A stretch of 46,925 nucleotides of DNA from a virus. Taxonomy: Duplodnaviria; Caudoviricetes. The notes under the pieces were generated by a model. It was not told the origin of the DNA, made no database searches, and worked only from the letters and a program-made list of their open reading frames with translations. The DNA lies in the IMG/VR virus record IMGVR_UViG_3300037311_000517, positions 1 to 46,925 of that record, one strand, 5' to 3'. Position 1 is the first letter of the stretch. Each line of letters starts with the position of its first letter. Below are positions 35,801-43,548 of this stretch, piece by piece. The translations under genes and the position numbers were made by a program.

Positions 35801-38800
35801 CGCCGACAACCAAACCGCCTTCCAGCGCCAGGCCCGGAGCGCGGAGGACTACGCGCAGACTGGCGGCGTGCGCCACCTGAAGGCGTTGCGAGCGCTTGCG
35901 GAACAGGCGGCAAAGCACCCACTGCCGGACGACAAGGAGGCCGTGCCGAGCGGGACGACGCTCGATGGCGAGCGGTTCGCCGAGCGCAAGGCGTTGACCC
36001 AAACGATCGCGCGGCGTGTCGGTGCGTTGCTCGGGCCGGCGGAATCGGTGGCATCGGTGGAACTGGTGTATCGCGGCGTGCGTTTTGACATCGATCGCTG
36101 GTTTGGGACATCGGTGCGCGTCTCCACCGATCTGGGCGAGGTGGCGATCTATGCGCGTGCTGCGGAGAGTTTTTCCGCGACCGGCCTGCTGACGCGGCTG
36201 AACAATTACATCGACCGCGTCGGCGCCGAAATCGTGGATGTCGAGGGCCGCATCGAACTCGCCAGAAACGATGCCGAGCGCTTCAAAGCCGAGGCCGCAA
36301 AGCCGTTCGATCAGGTGCAGGCGTTGCGCGAGGCGCGCGAGCAGTACCGCCGCGTGCAGCGGCTCCTGCTGGTGCGCGGGCCGGAAATCCCCGACCACGA
36401 ACGCCCGATGCTCGACGCCGCCCTGGAGACGCAGCGCGCGGCGCTGCGTGAGGTCGGGTTCGGCGATGCGCTGGACGAACTGCTGGACTACCGAAGCCTC
36501 AGCGATGACGGAACGGGGAATTTCAGCAAGCGTGCCGGACAGGCCGGGCGCGGGGCGAGCGTTGCCCAGGTCCGTCGTGTCGTGGACGACATGATGGTGG
36601 GCTGGAAGGGCGCCCCCGTGGTGCGCGTGGTCGAAACCCCCGATCACTTGCCGGCGTCGGCCCGACGTGCGTCCGATGTCCATCTCGCCGAGGGCTACTA
36701 CGCGCACAGTACCGGCACGGTCTACCTCGTCGCCAGCGCACTGCCGAACCGGCAGGCCGTGCAGCGTGTGCTGTTGCATGAGGCCATCGGCCATTACGGC
36801 ATCGAGGCCATCGCCGGCCCGGCGCTATGGGCGCAGATCGCCGAGGGCGTTCACCGGCTGCGCGAGAAGGGGCGTCACGGCCGGCTGTTCGCCGAACATG
36901 CCCGGCGCGGGTATCTCGACAGCGGTTGGGACGACACCGCGATCCGCGAGTTCATCGCGATGATGGCGGAATCAGGCATTCAGGACACGCTGCTAGACCG
37001 GCTGATCGCCGCCGTGCGTGCCTTCCTGCGCAGGCTTGGCGCGCGCTGGCGGTTGTCCGAGGCGGAATTGCGGCAGTTGATCGTTCGCGCCGCGCGGCAG
37101 GTTCGCATCGGTGGCGCACGGAATGTGATGGCAAACGGGTCGCAGATGGTCGTTGCGTTTTCGCGGGTGGCGGGCTTCCGTTCCGCGCTGCTGCAATCGC
37201 TGGAACGTGCCGAAGGCGCACCGCGGCGCGGGACCGCCGAGCAGTGGCAGCAATGGCTTGACGGCGTGCAGCGGCGCGGCGGGTTCAAGCAGGCCGAGCG
37301 CGATTGGCTCGATGTGGACGCCTGGTTGAGTACGCGGGAGAGCATGACGGGCGAGGCGCGGATCGCGCGCGAGGCGTTGACCGAATTCGTGCGCAACCAT
37401 CAGGTGCGGATCGGCGAACAGTTGATCGGAGGCGATACGGCGCGGTTTCATGCCGCCCTGGACCGATTGCAAGCAGCGGGATTCGAGGTCGAAATGCCGC
37501 CTTCGTATGGCGTGTCTCTGTTGCGCGACGGCGAGGAAGTCGATGAGCGCACGCTGACGGAGGTGCAGAAAGAAGATTTTGAGACGCTTTCGACCGGGAT
37601 GGAAACGGCGGAACCGCTCGTGTCTGGCGAAGGCGTGTATGCCCGCTACCAGATCGAAGGTGGGCGCGACTACCGCGAACTGCTGCTGACCTTTCCGGTG
37701 CAGCCGTCGAGCCGCAATGCGGATGAACCCTACCGCAGCGATCACTACCTGTCCGTGAAGAACGTGCTGGTCCACATCCGCTACAACGAGCGGGAGGACG
37801 TGGACGGCAAGCGCATGCTGTTCATCGAAGAACTCCAGTCCGATTGGCATCAGCACGGGCGGCGCTACGGGTATCGTCCGGCCACCGATCCCAAGGTCGC
37901 GCCGGATGCGCCGTTCAAGGCCACCGAGGAGTGGACCTTGCTGGCGATCAAGCGCATGGTGCGGATGGCGGCCGAGCGCGGGTTTCAGCGCATCGGCTGG
38001 ACGACCGGCGCGCAGCAGACCTCACGCTACGCGCGTGGCGAGCAGGTCGATGCCCTCGACTATCTGCCGCTGCCCTCGGGCGCGTACCGCGTCGCCGGAC
38101 TGAAGCAGGGCGAGGTGGTGCGCGAAATGGAGGTGCCGGCGACGTTGTTGTCGCCGTTGCTGGGCGAGAAGGTGGCGGCCCGTGTCCGCGCGGGCGATGG
38201 CGACCTGTCGCCGCGCGGCAGCACGCGGGGAACGCCCCTGCGGCGGCTGGATGCGTTGTCGCTCCACCTGGGCGACGCCGGCATGGGCGGGTACTACGAC
38301 GGTATCGTGCCGGCCGTAGTCAACCGCTGGGCGCGTCCTCTCGGCGCGCAGACGACGACCGCGAAAATCCGCCCCCGCTTCCGAGCGCACGCGCTCGACG
38401 TTCACGCCCTCGACATCACTCCGGCGATGCGTGCGGCTGTGGCGGAGGGGCTGCCAATGTTCAGCCGGCGCGCGCCGGAGGACTTCCTGGCCGATGTGGA
38501 CGCGGTGGTGCGTCTGGACGAAGACGCCAGCCGGCTCGATCGCGTGCGGCGATGGTTGCGCGACAGCACGCCCGCGAAACTGAAGGATGCCAGCCGCAGC
38601 GTGTGGCTCGGCGCGCTCGCAACGAATCAACTGACGGAACTCGGCAGCGATTACGACCCGGCCATCGCGGGATTCTCGCGGCTGCTCGATGCGATGTCGG
38701 CCGACCGCAATGCGTTGCTGGAAGAGGGCGCGGACCTTGCCGAATCCGTCCGTCGCTGGGCCGGTAAGCACAAGGAGGATGCGAAGCGCCTGTTCGATCT

Positions 38801-41315
38801 GATGCACCGTGCGACGCTCGAAGGCGTCGATCCGGCCGAAGCCTACAAGGGACTGCAATTCCGCTATAGCGGCCAGTTGCACGATGCCACGCGCAAGAAC
38901 ATCCGTGAGGCATTGAAGGCGTTGCGCGAGCAGATGCTCGGGCGCGGCGCCGACAACAAGATCGACATGATGGAAGAGGCGAAGCGTCTTCGCGGAATGC
39001 CGAAACGCGAAGAAGCGCGCAAGCGCCTCTATCCGACCTTGCGCGCAGCATGGGATGCGCTGACCCCGGAGGCGCAGGCGTTCTATCGCCAGATGCGCAA
39101 CCTGTATCACGACCGTTCTGTCATGGTCGAGGATGCGCTCGCGGCGCGCATCGACGCGAGAGAAGCGCCGGATGGGCTGAAGAAAAAGCTGATCTTCTCG
39201 ATCCGGCAGCAGTTCGAGACGCATCGGCTGCAAGGGGTGTATTTCCCGTTGCAGCGGTACGGCGAGTATTTCATTGCGGCCGAACGCGGCGACGAACCCG
39301 TGTTCCTGATGCTTGATAGTCTCGCCGCACTCGAACGTAAGGAAGCGGCGTTCAAGGCGCGTGGGTTCACGGTCAAGGCGCGCGGTCGGCTGCGCAGCGC
39401 GAGCGCCAAAGACGCGCCGAGTGGTTCGTTCGTCGCGGATATGATCGACAAACTCCGCAAGGCCGGTGTGTCAGAAAAGACGCAGGACGCGGTGTACCAG
39501 ACGTACTTGCAGGCGTTGCCCGAACTGTCGATGCGCAAGCATGCGATTCACCGGCAAGGCGTCGCCGGCTTCGATCCCGATGCGCTGCGCGCGTTCGCGC
39601 ACCACATGGCCCACGGCGCGCACCAGCTCGCACGACTGCGTTTCGGGCATGTGTTGGAACAGACCTTGACGGATCTGCGCGAAGCGCAGGACATCCGTCG
39701 GCGCGAACCCGAATCCGATACCCGTGCGGTGGTGGCGATGGACGCGATCCTGGGCGAACTCGATCAGCGCCACCAATGGGTGTTGAACCCGCAGGACAGC
39801 GCGATGACGAACCGTCTGTCGTCGGCGGGATTCGTGTACTTCCTGGGCGTGACGCCTGCGGCGGCATTGGTCAATCTGACCCAGACCGCGATCCTGACCT
39901 TCCCGCAGCTTGCGGCCGAGTACGGGGCAGCGAAGGCGATGCGTCATCTGCTGCGCGCGTTCAATGACTCGGCGCGGACGGCCGGGCACGCGCAGAAGGT
40001 CTTGAAGCGGGCGGATGAACTCAAAGCTCACGACGCCTTGCAGAAAGCCGGCGTCCTCGACAAGACCCAGACGCACGCGCTGATGGGGTTGGCGGAAGGC
40101 GGGCTTGCGACCTACAGCCCGAAGCTGGCGCGGGCGATGGAGGTGATCGGCTGGCTGTTCCATACCGCCGAAGTCCTGAACCGCGAAGCGTCGGGCATGG
40201 CGGCCTACCGACTTGCGCGCGATGCGGGTCAGTCTTTCGACGCGGCCGTCCGCGTCGCGGCCGAAACGATCACGGCCACCCACTTCAACTACAGCAACGC
40301 GAACCGTGCGCGGTTCCTGCAAGCAGGGCCGGCGAAGGTGGTGCTGATGTTCAAGCAGTACGGCCTGAACATGCTCTGGCACCTGGGCCGGATGGGCTGG
40401 AAAGCGACCCGAGGCGAAAGCCCGGAGGTTAAACGACTCGCGCGGCGCAACCTTGCAGGCGTCCTGATGATGAGCGGTTTCTTCTCTGGCGCAATGGGCT
40501 TGCCGATGGCCTCGCTGACCATCGGTGTGATCGACGCCATCGCGCATGCGTTCGGTGATGACGACGATCCGTGGGATACCGAAGCGGAGATTCGCAAGTT
40601 CTTCGCGCAGTTCGTCGGCGATGCCGGCGCGGAGATGATGATGCACGGTGCCGCGAACACGCTCACGGGCGCCGACATCGCCAGTCGCGTCGAAATGTCG
40701 CAACTACTCTGGCGCGATGCCGACCGCGAACTCGACGGCCGCGATGCCTACTACGCCATGATGGACAACGTGGCGGGGCCGATGTTCGGCATCGCCAAGA
40801 ACTTCTTTGTCGGCACGGAGCTGGTCGCCGAGGGCCAGGTCTATCGCGGCGTCGAAACGATGTTGCCGAAGGCGCTCAAGGATGCGATGAAGGCGGTGCG
40901 TTATGCCGACGAAGGTGTCACCTCCACGCGCGGCGATTTGGTGACCGAGACGGATGCGATGGACGAGCTGTTGCAGGCGATCGGGTTCACGCCGACCGAC
41001 GTTGCGAAACAGTACGGCGTGAATCGCGCCTTGAAGGGCCGCGAGCGGCACATCCTCGATCGTCGCAAAGCGTTGCTCGCGGCGTATGCGATGGCGCTGC
41101 GTCAAGACGATCAGGATGCGGCGTTGGAAGTGCGACGAAAGATCATGGCGTTCAACAAGGCATACCCCGAAAAGCCGATCACGGGGCAGACGATCCGGCG
41201 CTCGATGCGCGCGCGGGAGGCGTACAGCGAGCGGGCCGAGCATGCCGTTGTATACGACGGCGTATTGCGGCGAAGAATTGCAGAAGAAGAAGGGGTTGGC
41301 CGCGACGGTCTGTGA
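26898..41315 (+). CDS. 4805-aa DarB-like large polyvalent virion protein (N6-adenine MTase, SF2 helicase, zincin-like motif, PLxRFG-like C-terminus)
   Basis: LARYVGWG; NAHYT; LEPAVGIG; GNPPF; HVVGAGKT; VDELHEFKN; ATGTPVSNS; GAGTNVQ; EQREGRAIRRGN; LLHEAIGHYG; IEELQSDWHQ; YFPLQRYGEY. Confidence 0.93.
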   Translation: MATDPYNPLAPRAWNPNVPDWMNVAYGAHPPQAPAFTPEVIDVYHWGNVRARSGYDTAPPERQRAIRDEYANTALPEVARLTGADLAQMQAAFRANNPEATAATPPASDDGDFVRGVKSYWPGTKASVYGLGALAADLVGADDTARDWAQRAQALNQEMGATARPTDSLSGAWGSGDGVLGTTGNLLDWAQYTIGQMLPSVAESLVTAAAGAAAGSEVPVLGNIAGAVAGLLGKTAIKKELRERTAALVAEHAAKRIAAGTAEDIAKREAADLGQQFLTRTLQREIGSVGALATGATARGLGDTYNAAYDQAQQTGEDIDLTRVLAGGAVYGAAETFGDKVLADTLLKGVGGTGGLTRRMASGFGKNALTEGTTEAVQQAAQRFGAAQSLTDGEALTEYLDSFAAGAIGGGVYGALGGVPNRPAPNPPPVPPVPPGLPAPDGRPGYGTVDPRAPVVVTPEGVASTPSQQNAQRAADLRQARELDRTGLTPDVRAAVRDHALRTPAAGAASSAGSGSPAAPPSATVPAGIDPDTGELLNPPPAPDTVMTAIHDFLNDWQGEKAPTRGDVRRFVETTYPGLSAARMNPLIDRVREQRKAQAPSVMDSIDLPRVQVGANPEHWTNQNAQAARDQADRMGISDTMEALFATGLTAKEVGLRLEDRLATIPKEERASFVVMVRATLGIPSRMTLEGQQEFDAWLAQRDARMRTQTAQAQRVAAQVDSIDADAAAMEAERRHREREAPTATTTPQTDLSAASARTSATTMPVASATDDTTGPLDRSALRGLFVETMRKKRPDMTDSERAFYDQATDELIDWIERRDARALVSRNLGDAKMNPASRAVFTAATGVPLPRGRAASEDAIYRWAGTDRATEQAQDAARRAQREADRRAPVEVFPDFATFAEARQWQEERARVFGGLQNYRVTEEYGRLFPILKRLADASNEGHRGRRMQALATAGLAIGDRVEATSRDLIRDAAQTARGTLYAKSGFPWVRLEAGTTITVNHKGKIEHRREVPWSERWTKVEPSPASSEAENTAADTSASSSTPKASEAVDAPQAPTNNDAILMDFVDALVAQVRSGQSGRVDFPATFGHVIEVEDAMRAMRSAFERAGATNSGGRFGARYAVDGGLITLSNSSYRLWADVATDASRPLPTRGTEAHTGTTPAQAMPPETASAENEEDTPDATSGQSERLSARGARATAGDVVADRARDREPLDAGLAQTGAAADRGELLSGGVGGPDRAGNAGEDGHQPEPSVELGEGAGLGTVAGATDLGLRGGGRQRRGRRGRVTQEAAAIDDPAASSVEADTASPQAEPAAMPEAEVAAGQADDGMPAEGLADDLGKGGLARKARDNLAAIRIVKTLDAENRVATPEERRQLARYVGWGALKVVFDPANAQWAKVRTELQGLLSDAEWRAARASTLNAHYTSKTVIDGMYAGLARLGVTGGRILEPAVGIGHFFGGMPAKLRHASDLFGIELDPLTQRIAAALYPKANIRQSGFQDVAILGEFFDVAIGNPPFGSEPIVDPERSAYSGFSIHNYFFAKSIDKLRPGGVLMMVVSRQFLDAKDSRARQWIAERADLIAAVRLPRTAFAENAGTEVVTDIIVLQKRAAEAEPQTDEQIQVALRWVQTAEQRLEHPATGEAMTFRVNPYFLDHPDHVLGTPSASGSMYRANEYTVEPSGELGAQLRAWAERLPEGRYTPIERTEAMTDTEVPEGTKVGAYFVADDGGIHVRSEDRMGTAKAVPWTAPGATAEARMRGMIELRNVLRQQMRLERSPEATTKQIETNRRTLNDRYDAFLKRYGHLNASRTNRSLFFDDPDASLLLALEFDYDAGISEAVAKREGVATRAPKATKADIFQRRVLFPPSDDVTVTSARDALVASLNYRGRLDPAYMTEIYGKDRAAIVDELGALVFETPEGALATADDYLSGDVKTKLAEAKDAAKRDPRFARNVEALTKIIPRDKTPSEITIALGAPFLPVEDLRAFHREITGADANMTYSRGSGLWFVRVVGEPDPVLNTATWGTKDMEATDIFQATLVGRAVVVTKTYRRGDGSMQTVVLEAETEQAREKQNALRVEWRAWVWRDPERAERLLALYNEKMNRTVERRFDGRHLTLPGMSPGLTLLQHQQNGVWRGLQSRQLLLDHVVGAGKTFQMVAIAMEMRRLGIARKPLFAVPNHLTVQWRTEFARLYPGAVVLAAEPDDFTRENRKKLFSRIVTGDWDAVIVGHSSLKKIGLPEETETRILQEQVDEIAGLIEAMKRERGDKGIVREMEGIRVRLLSKIKSKQAAIGQRDDVLTFDELGVDALFVDELHEFKNLFYTTAMSRVPGMGNPNGSDRAFDLFVKTQWLFETFGDKAPIVTATGTPVSNSLVEMFNLQRYMQYPTLKRQDLHVFDAWARQYGSIENVYEVAPSGAGFRASTRFAKFQNLPSLMAGYRAFADVVTLDDLKAQEAAQGKRFPVPKLLGGKPQIVVAERSPLVSEFMGVPHLARSKAGGVEFGFNPGAGETTTITTQEDGRFKVEVEGGPYVRSLGVYPTREEADMAVVEAALTPKIDLNPASILGRFARIRELTRETKGKVNALSLTGQANKAGLDYRLIDPTAPDFPGSKINLSIERMLALYRQWDAEKGTQLVFCDLSVPNTARKSAATKAQRVYVRDDDGSVIHARGTAHTVADVEELPFLLIERKRKGQASVAVYDAATGRLRSDGHGSRESALFWAQQALRSDDGRQRWLAQREAEREAGQELSQAEIDDYNDANAIDTEASASLDLQDIAALSAAASFSVYDDLRTKLIAGGVPAEEIAFIHDYGNPDAKAKLFKRVNLGEVRFLFGSTPKIGAGTNVQQRIVGLHHIDAPWKPSDLEQREGRAIRRGNQLYERDPDGFEVAIYRYATRQTYDTRRWQLLEHKARGIEQLRKYDGQQTEIEDIDGEAANAAEMKAAASGDPLILRETQLRNEVRRLEQLELAHADNQTAFQRQARSAEDYAQTGGVRHLKALRALAEQAAKHPLPDDKEAVPSGTTLDGERFAERKALTQTIARRVGALLGPAESVASVELVYRGVRFDIDRWFGTSVRVSTDLGEVAIYARAAESFSATGLLTRLNNYIDRVGAEIVDVEGRIELARNDAERFKAEAAKPFDQVQALREAREQYRRVQRLLLVRGPEIPDHERPMLDAALETQRAALREVGFGDALDELLDYRSLSDDGTGNFSKRAGQAGRGASVAQVRRVVDDMMVGWKGAPVVRVVETPDHLPASARRASDVHLAEGYYAHSTGTVYLVASALPNRQAVQRVLLHEAIGHYGIEAIAGPALWAQIAEGVHRLREKGRHGRLFAEHARRGYLDSGWDDTAIREFIAMMAESGIQDTLLDRLIAAVRAFLRRLGARWRLSEAELRQLIVRAARQVRIGGARNVMANGSQMVVAFSRVAGFRSALLQSLERAEGAPRRGTAEQWQQWLDGVQRRGGFKQAERDWLDVDAWLSTRESMTGEARIAREALTEFVRNHQVRIGEQLIGGDTARFHAALDRLQAAGFEVEMPPSYGVSLLRDGEEVDERTLTEVQKEDFETLSTGMETAEPLVSGEGVYARYQIEGGRDYRELLLTFPVQPSSRNADEPYRSDHYLSVKNVLVHIRYNEREDVDGKRMLFIEELQSDWHQHGRRYGYRPATDPKVAPDAPFKATEEWTLLAIKRMVRMAAERGFQRIGWTTGAQQTSRYARGEQVDALDYLPLPSGAYRVAGLKQGEVVREMEVPATLLSPLLGEKVAARVRAGDGDLSPRGSTRGTPLRRLDALSLHLGDAGMGGYYDGIVPAVVNRWARPLGAQTTTAKIRPRFRAHALDVHALDITPAMRAAVAEGLPMFSRRAPEDFLADVDAVVRLDEDASRLDRVRRWLRDSTPAKLKDASRSVWLGALATNQLTELGSDYDPAIAGFSRLLDAMSADRNALLEEGADLAESVRRWAGKHKEDAKRLFDLMHRATLEGVDPAEAYKGLQFRYSGQLHDATRKNIREALKALREQMLGRGADNKIDMMEEAKRLRGMPKREEARKRLYPTLRAAWDALTPEAQAFYRQMRNLYHDRSVMVEDALAARIDAREAPDGLKKKLIFSIRQQFETHRLQGVYFPLQRYGEYFIAAERGDEPVFLMLDSLAALERKEAAFKARGFTVKARGRLRSASAKDAPSGSFVADMIDKLRKAGVSEKTQDAVYQTYLQALPELSMRKHAIHRQGVAGFDPDALRAFAHHMAHGAHQLARLRFGHVLEQTLTDLREAQDIRRREPESDTRAVVAMDAILGELDQRHQWVLNPQDSAMTNRLSSAGFVYFLGVTPAAALVNLTQTAILTFPQLAAEYGAAKAMRHLLRAFNDSARTAGHAQKVLKRADELKAHDALQKAGVLDKTQTHALMGLAEGGLATYSPKLARAMEVIGWLFHTAEVLNREASGMAAYRLARDAGQSFDAAVRVAAETITATHFNYSNANRARFLQAGPAKVVLMFKQYGLNMLWHLGRMGWKATRGESPEVKRLARRNLAGVLMMSGFFSGAMGLPMASLTIGVIDAIAHAFGDDDDPWDTEAEIRKFFAQFVGDAGAEMMMHGAANTLTGADIASRVEMSQLLWRDADRELDGRDAYYAMMDNVAGPMFGIAKNFFVGTELVAEGQVYRGVETMLPKALKDAMKAVRYADEGVTSTRGDLVTETDAMDELLQAIGFTPTDVAKQYGVNRALKGRERHILDRRKALLAAYAMALRQDDQDAALEVRRKIMAFNKAYPEKPITGQTIRRSMRAREAYSERAEHAVVYDGVLRRRIAEEEGVGRDGL
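30442..30762 (+). CDS. 106-aa gene nested in the +1 frame inside the giant gene
   Basis: GAGGAGG RBS 9 nt before the ATG; codons overwhelmingly G/C-ending; globular-looking sequence (EIANRWMLGWPKRV...YYLEAL); the host frame reads as a Gly/Arg/Ala linker over the same interval. Confidence 0.75.
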   Translation: MQHLVNPNAYPPEVREQLLAMSSQTAREIANRWMLGWPKRVQRLIAENYYLEALADQTEQETRAKMDTSLNHLSSWEKAQVWELSLAPPIWDYEEEAVNVVGDEDE

Positions 41316-41496
41316 TCCCAAAAGTCGTTCCGTGCGCTTGAAGACTGTGGTGTCCGCACATTGCGTTTCGCGCCGTGGTGCTACCGTCGAATCGCCCACG
41401 GAGTTGCGATTCCGCAGGCGTCAAACTATTAGCGAATGTCATTCTTATGGCGTCATTCGTTAATGCATATCCACGGATCAATTCAAGGAGATAGAC

Positions 41497-41907
41497 ATGG
41501 CCACTCAGGCTATCCGTTTCACAGCCGCAACCGCGGCGATTCTGTTTGCGATGATGTTCACTAGCACTGCCGCCTATGCGCAGTGTGGCTGCATGAGCGG
41601 TGGCGGTGACGCGCCGAAGGTAACGAGCGGTTCGGCATCAACGACGCCCAGCGCCATCAATTTGGTGCGCGACCCCACTTGGCAGGCGCATGAGTCCACG
41701 TGGCAGGGCGCGCGTTACATGCAGATATACAACACGACGAATGGAGTACGTGTTGCCGCTTTACAAATCGACGCAACCGGATGGGTGATTCAGACCGATT
41801 CGCAGTCGCCGGTGACGGGTCGCACGATCTATCGGGACAACGAAGTTGAGGTGATCCACTACCGGCAGTCGAATCAAGACCGTTGGATCGTTCGGCCCGC
41901 AGAGTAA
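41497..41907 (+). CDS. Small secreted protein with Sec signal peptide
   Basis: AAGGAG RBS; MATQAIRFTAATAAILFAMMFTSTAAYA|QCGC; beta-rich mature part. Confidence 0.82.
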   Translation: MATQAIRFTAATAAILFAMMFTSTAAYAQCGCMSGGGDAPKVTSGSASTTPSAINLVRDPTWQAHESTWQGARYMQIYNTTNGVRVAALQIDATGWVIQTDSQSPVTGRTIYRDNEVEVIHYRQSNQDRWIVRPAE

Positions 41908-41925
41908 GCAGGCTGAGTGCGTGAC

Positions 41926-43443
41926 CTAAGCAGTTTCTTCTGCAAGAAGTACGCTGATTCGGTGCGCATGGTGGTGCAAAATGCCGCCATGCGCACTGAC
42001 TTTTGCGTCGAGAAACAACGAGGCGGCTGCGCCTGCCTGACTAACTTGCGGTTCGCCTGGGCGGAATGCGGACACCGAAAAGTATACGCCGCGACGGCGG
42101 GCTGTTTGCCAGACGCGAATGCGCATATTCAGTTCTTCCGGCCTCCAGTCGCACATCAGCACAACCGCGCTGCATAGGCAGCGGTAAGCGGCAACTTGCA
42201 GACCAATAGAGAGCGATTTGGGATCGCCTTTATCGAAACTGGGCGCAATCGGAATACCGTTCGCCCATCGGTCCTCAAATGTCTGCGAGTGAACGACGGC
42301 GAACAAGCCTTTTTCTTCGATGCCGATGGGGTACACCGCCAAGGCATGCTCATGGAACAGTTTGCGTCGTTGTGCGCCACTGCTGTTGAGGCGGAATGCC
42401 TCCTCATGCTTGCCGTTTGCTCTGAGCAAACGGATGAGTTCATCTTGCTTCTCGTCGAGAAGGACATACATCTGCGCCATGCAAATGACTTGATCGCGCG
42501 CGTCGCTTTCGTTCGAGAGCAGCGCGATACGCGAAATCTTCCGGGCTTTCTCCTCTGCCACACCCGAGTCAATCGCTTTTTCGTAATGCGATGTGATACG
42601 AGCGCCGAAGAAGAGAATTGCGGAGGCTGTAAACGACAGTCCAATCTGAGCGAGAAAGGCGGACTCGTCAAAGGCGCCCGGAATGCCGGTTTTTGTCATC
42701 GTCTGTGCGATAGCAAGATTGACCAGAAAAACACCGATGGCAGAGCCAATCCAGCCGTGGTAGTACGTTAGAAACAGGGCGGGACCAATCATCAGCATCA
42801 GAATCGTCTTCCTGCCTACGTCGCCGCCGACATACCAATGCTCCACGTATGTGAACATCAATGCCACTGCAATCGTAGCTGCGGCAATATCACGAAATGC
42901 TTTTTTGAGCGGCCAGACATGCTGATGCCGGTTCAGCCAGATTAGAGCGGGCAACATCCCCATGAGCGCGCCCAAGTAGTTGCCAAGAAATCTGGTTGTG
43001 AAGAACGCAATCGTTGTGTTGTTATTCGGCCCGCCAAGGATCTCATTGAATCCTACCGTGCAAGCACTCCCCCACGCGGCAAAGAGCGCAGCGACAATTG
43101 GGAGGTGGCGAATCATCGCCTGCGGACTCAGCAATTTTTTTCGTAGCACATATGGCGCGGCAGAGACGCCTGCGATCAGTGCGAACGGTCCGAGGTATAC
43201 CCATATCCAATTCTTGTCGTTTTCGAGAGGGATGCGCCCGTACATGACCGCAGCGGCATCGCCAATGAAGATGAACGGCCAGTACCGGAGCGGCAACAGG
43301 AATAGGCAAACGGCGCGCAGACCGGCTGGAAGCGCCCACTGGTCGAATGAGTAGTAGCGTAGTATGAGGTAGGCGATGCCATAGCCAATGCTGATCGCAA
43401 TCCCTTTTGCAATCACCTTTGTCAATCCTTTGGCATGGTTCAC
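41926..43443 (-). CDS. MASE1-domain membrane sensor with a degenerate histidine kinase C-terminus
   Basis: W.LPAGLR...L.LLP.RYW MASE1-type start; many TM helices; HGW.G; remnants YP.GIE..GL, AAYR and V.AHGG but no H-box His. GTG start chosen by AGGGGG RBS (ORF is open to 43539). Confidence 0.82.
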   Translation of the reverse strand: MNHAKGLTKVIAKGIAISIGYGIAYLILRYYSFDQWALPAGLRAVCLFLLPLRYWPFIFIGDAAAVMYGRIPLENDKNWIWVYLGPFALIAGVSAAPYVLRKKLLSPQAMIRHLPIVAALFAAWGSACTVGFNEILGGPNNNTTIAFFTTRFLGNYLGALMGMLPALIWLNRHQHVWPLKKAFRDIAAATIAVALMFTYVEHWYVGGDVGRKTILMLMIGPALFLTYYHGWIGSAIGVFLVNLAIAQTMTKTGIPGAFDESAFLAQIGLSFTASAILFFGARITSHYEKAIDSGVAEEKARKISRIALLSNESDARDQVICMAQMYVLLDEKQDELIRLLRANGKHEEAFRLNSSGAQRRKLFHEHALAVYPIGIEEKGLFAVVHSQTFEDRWANGIPIAPSFDKGDPKSLSIGLQVAAYRCLCSAVVLMCDWRPEELNMRIRVWQTARRRGVYFSVSAFRPGEPQVSQAGAAASLFLDAKVSAHGGILHHHAHRISVLLAEETA

Positions 43444-43548
43444 GCACTGCCCCCTGTTCCTTGGTGTTGGCCCGGCAGCGCAGCCGTGAAACCCCAAACT
43501 TCGCCGCTCCGCCGCGCGCCTACCGCATTCTAGGCGCAAATGGCCTTG

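Larger units (their letters stand above)
1..41315. mobile_element. Temperate prophage, podovirus-type morphogenesis module with a DarB-like giant protein; ends not visible, may extend through the accessory block to 46925
   Basis: Co-oriented order cI/cro-rep-dnaB-Q-terS-terL-portal-scaffold-capsid-adaptors-nozzle-ejection proteins. No tape measure, tail tube or sheath gene recognised. Confidence 0.93.

Noticed and set aside
30717-36794. 2025-aa minus-strand ORF
   Set aside because: Antisense shadow of the GC3-rich MTase/helicase region; no motifs or RBS; expected in high-GC DNA.
26898-41315. Other alternative-frame + strand ORFs inside the giant gene (e.g. 28565, 29612, 33941, 37844)
   Set aside because: Arg/Gly-rich frame shadows without RBS or codon bias, unlike 30442..30762.
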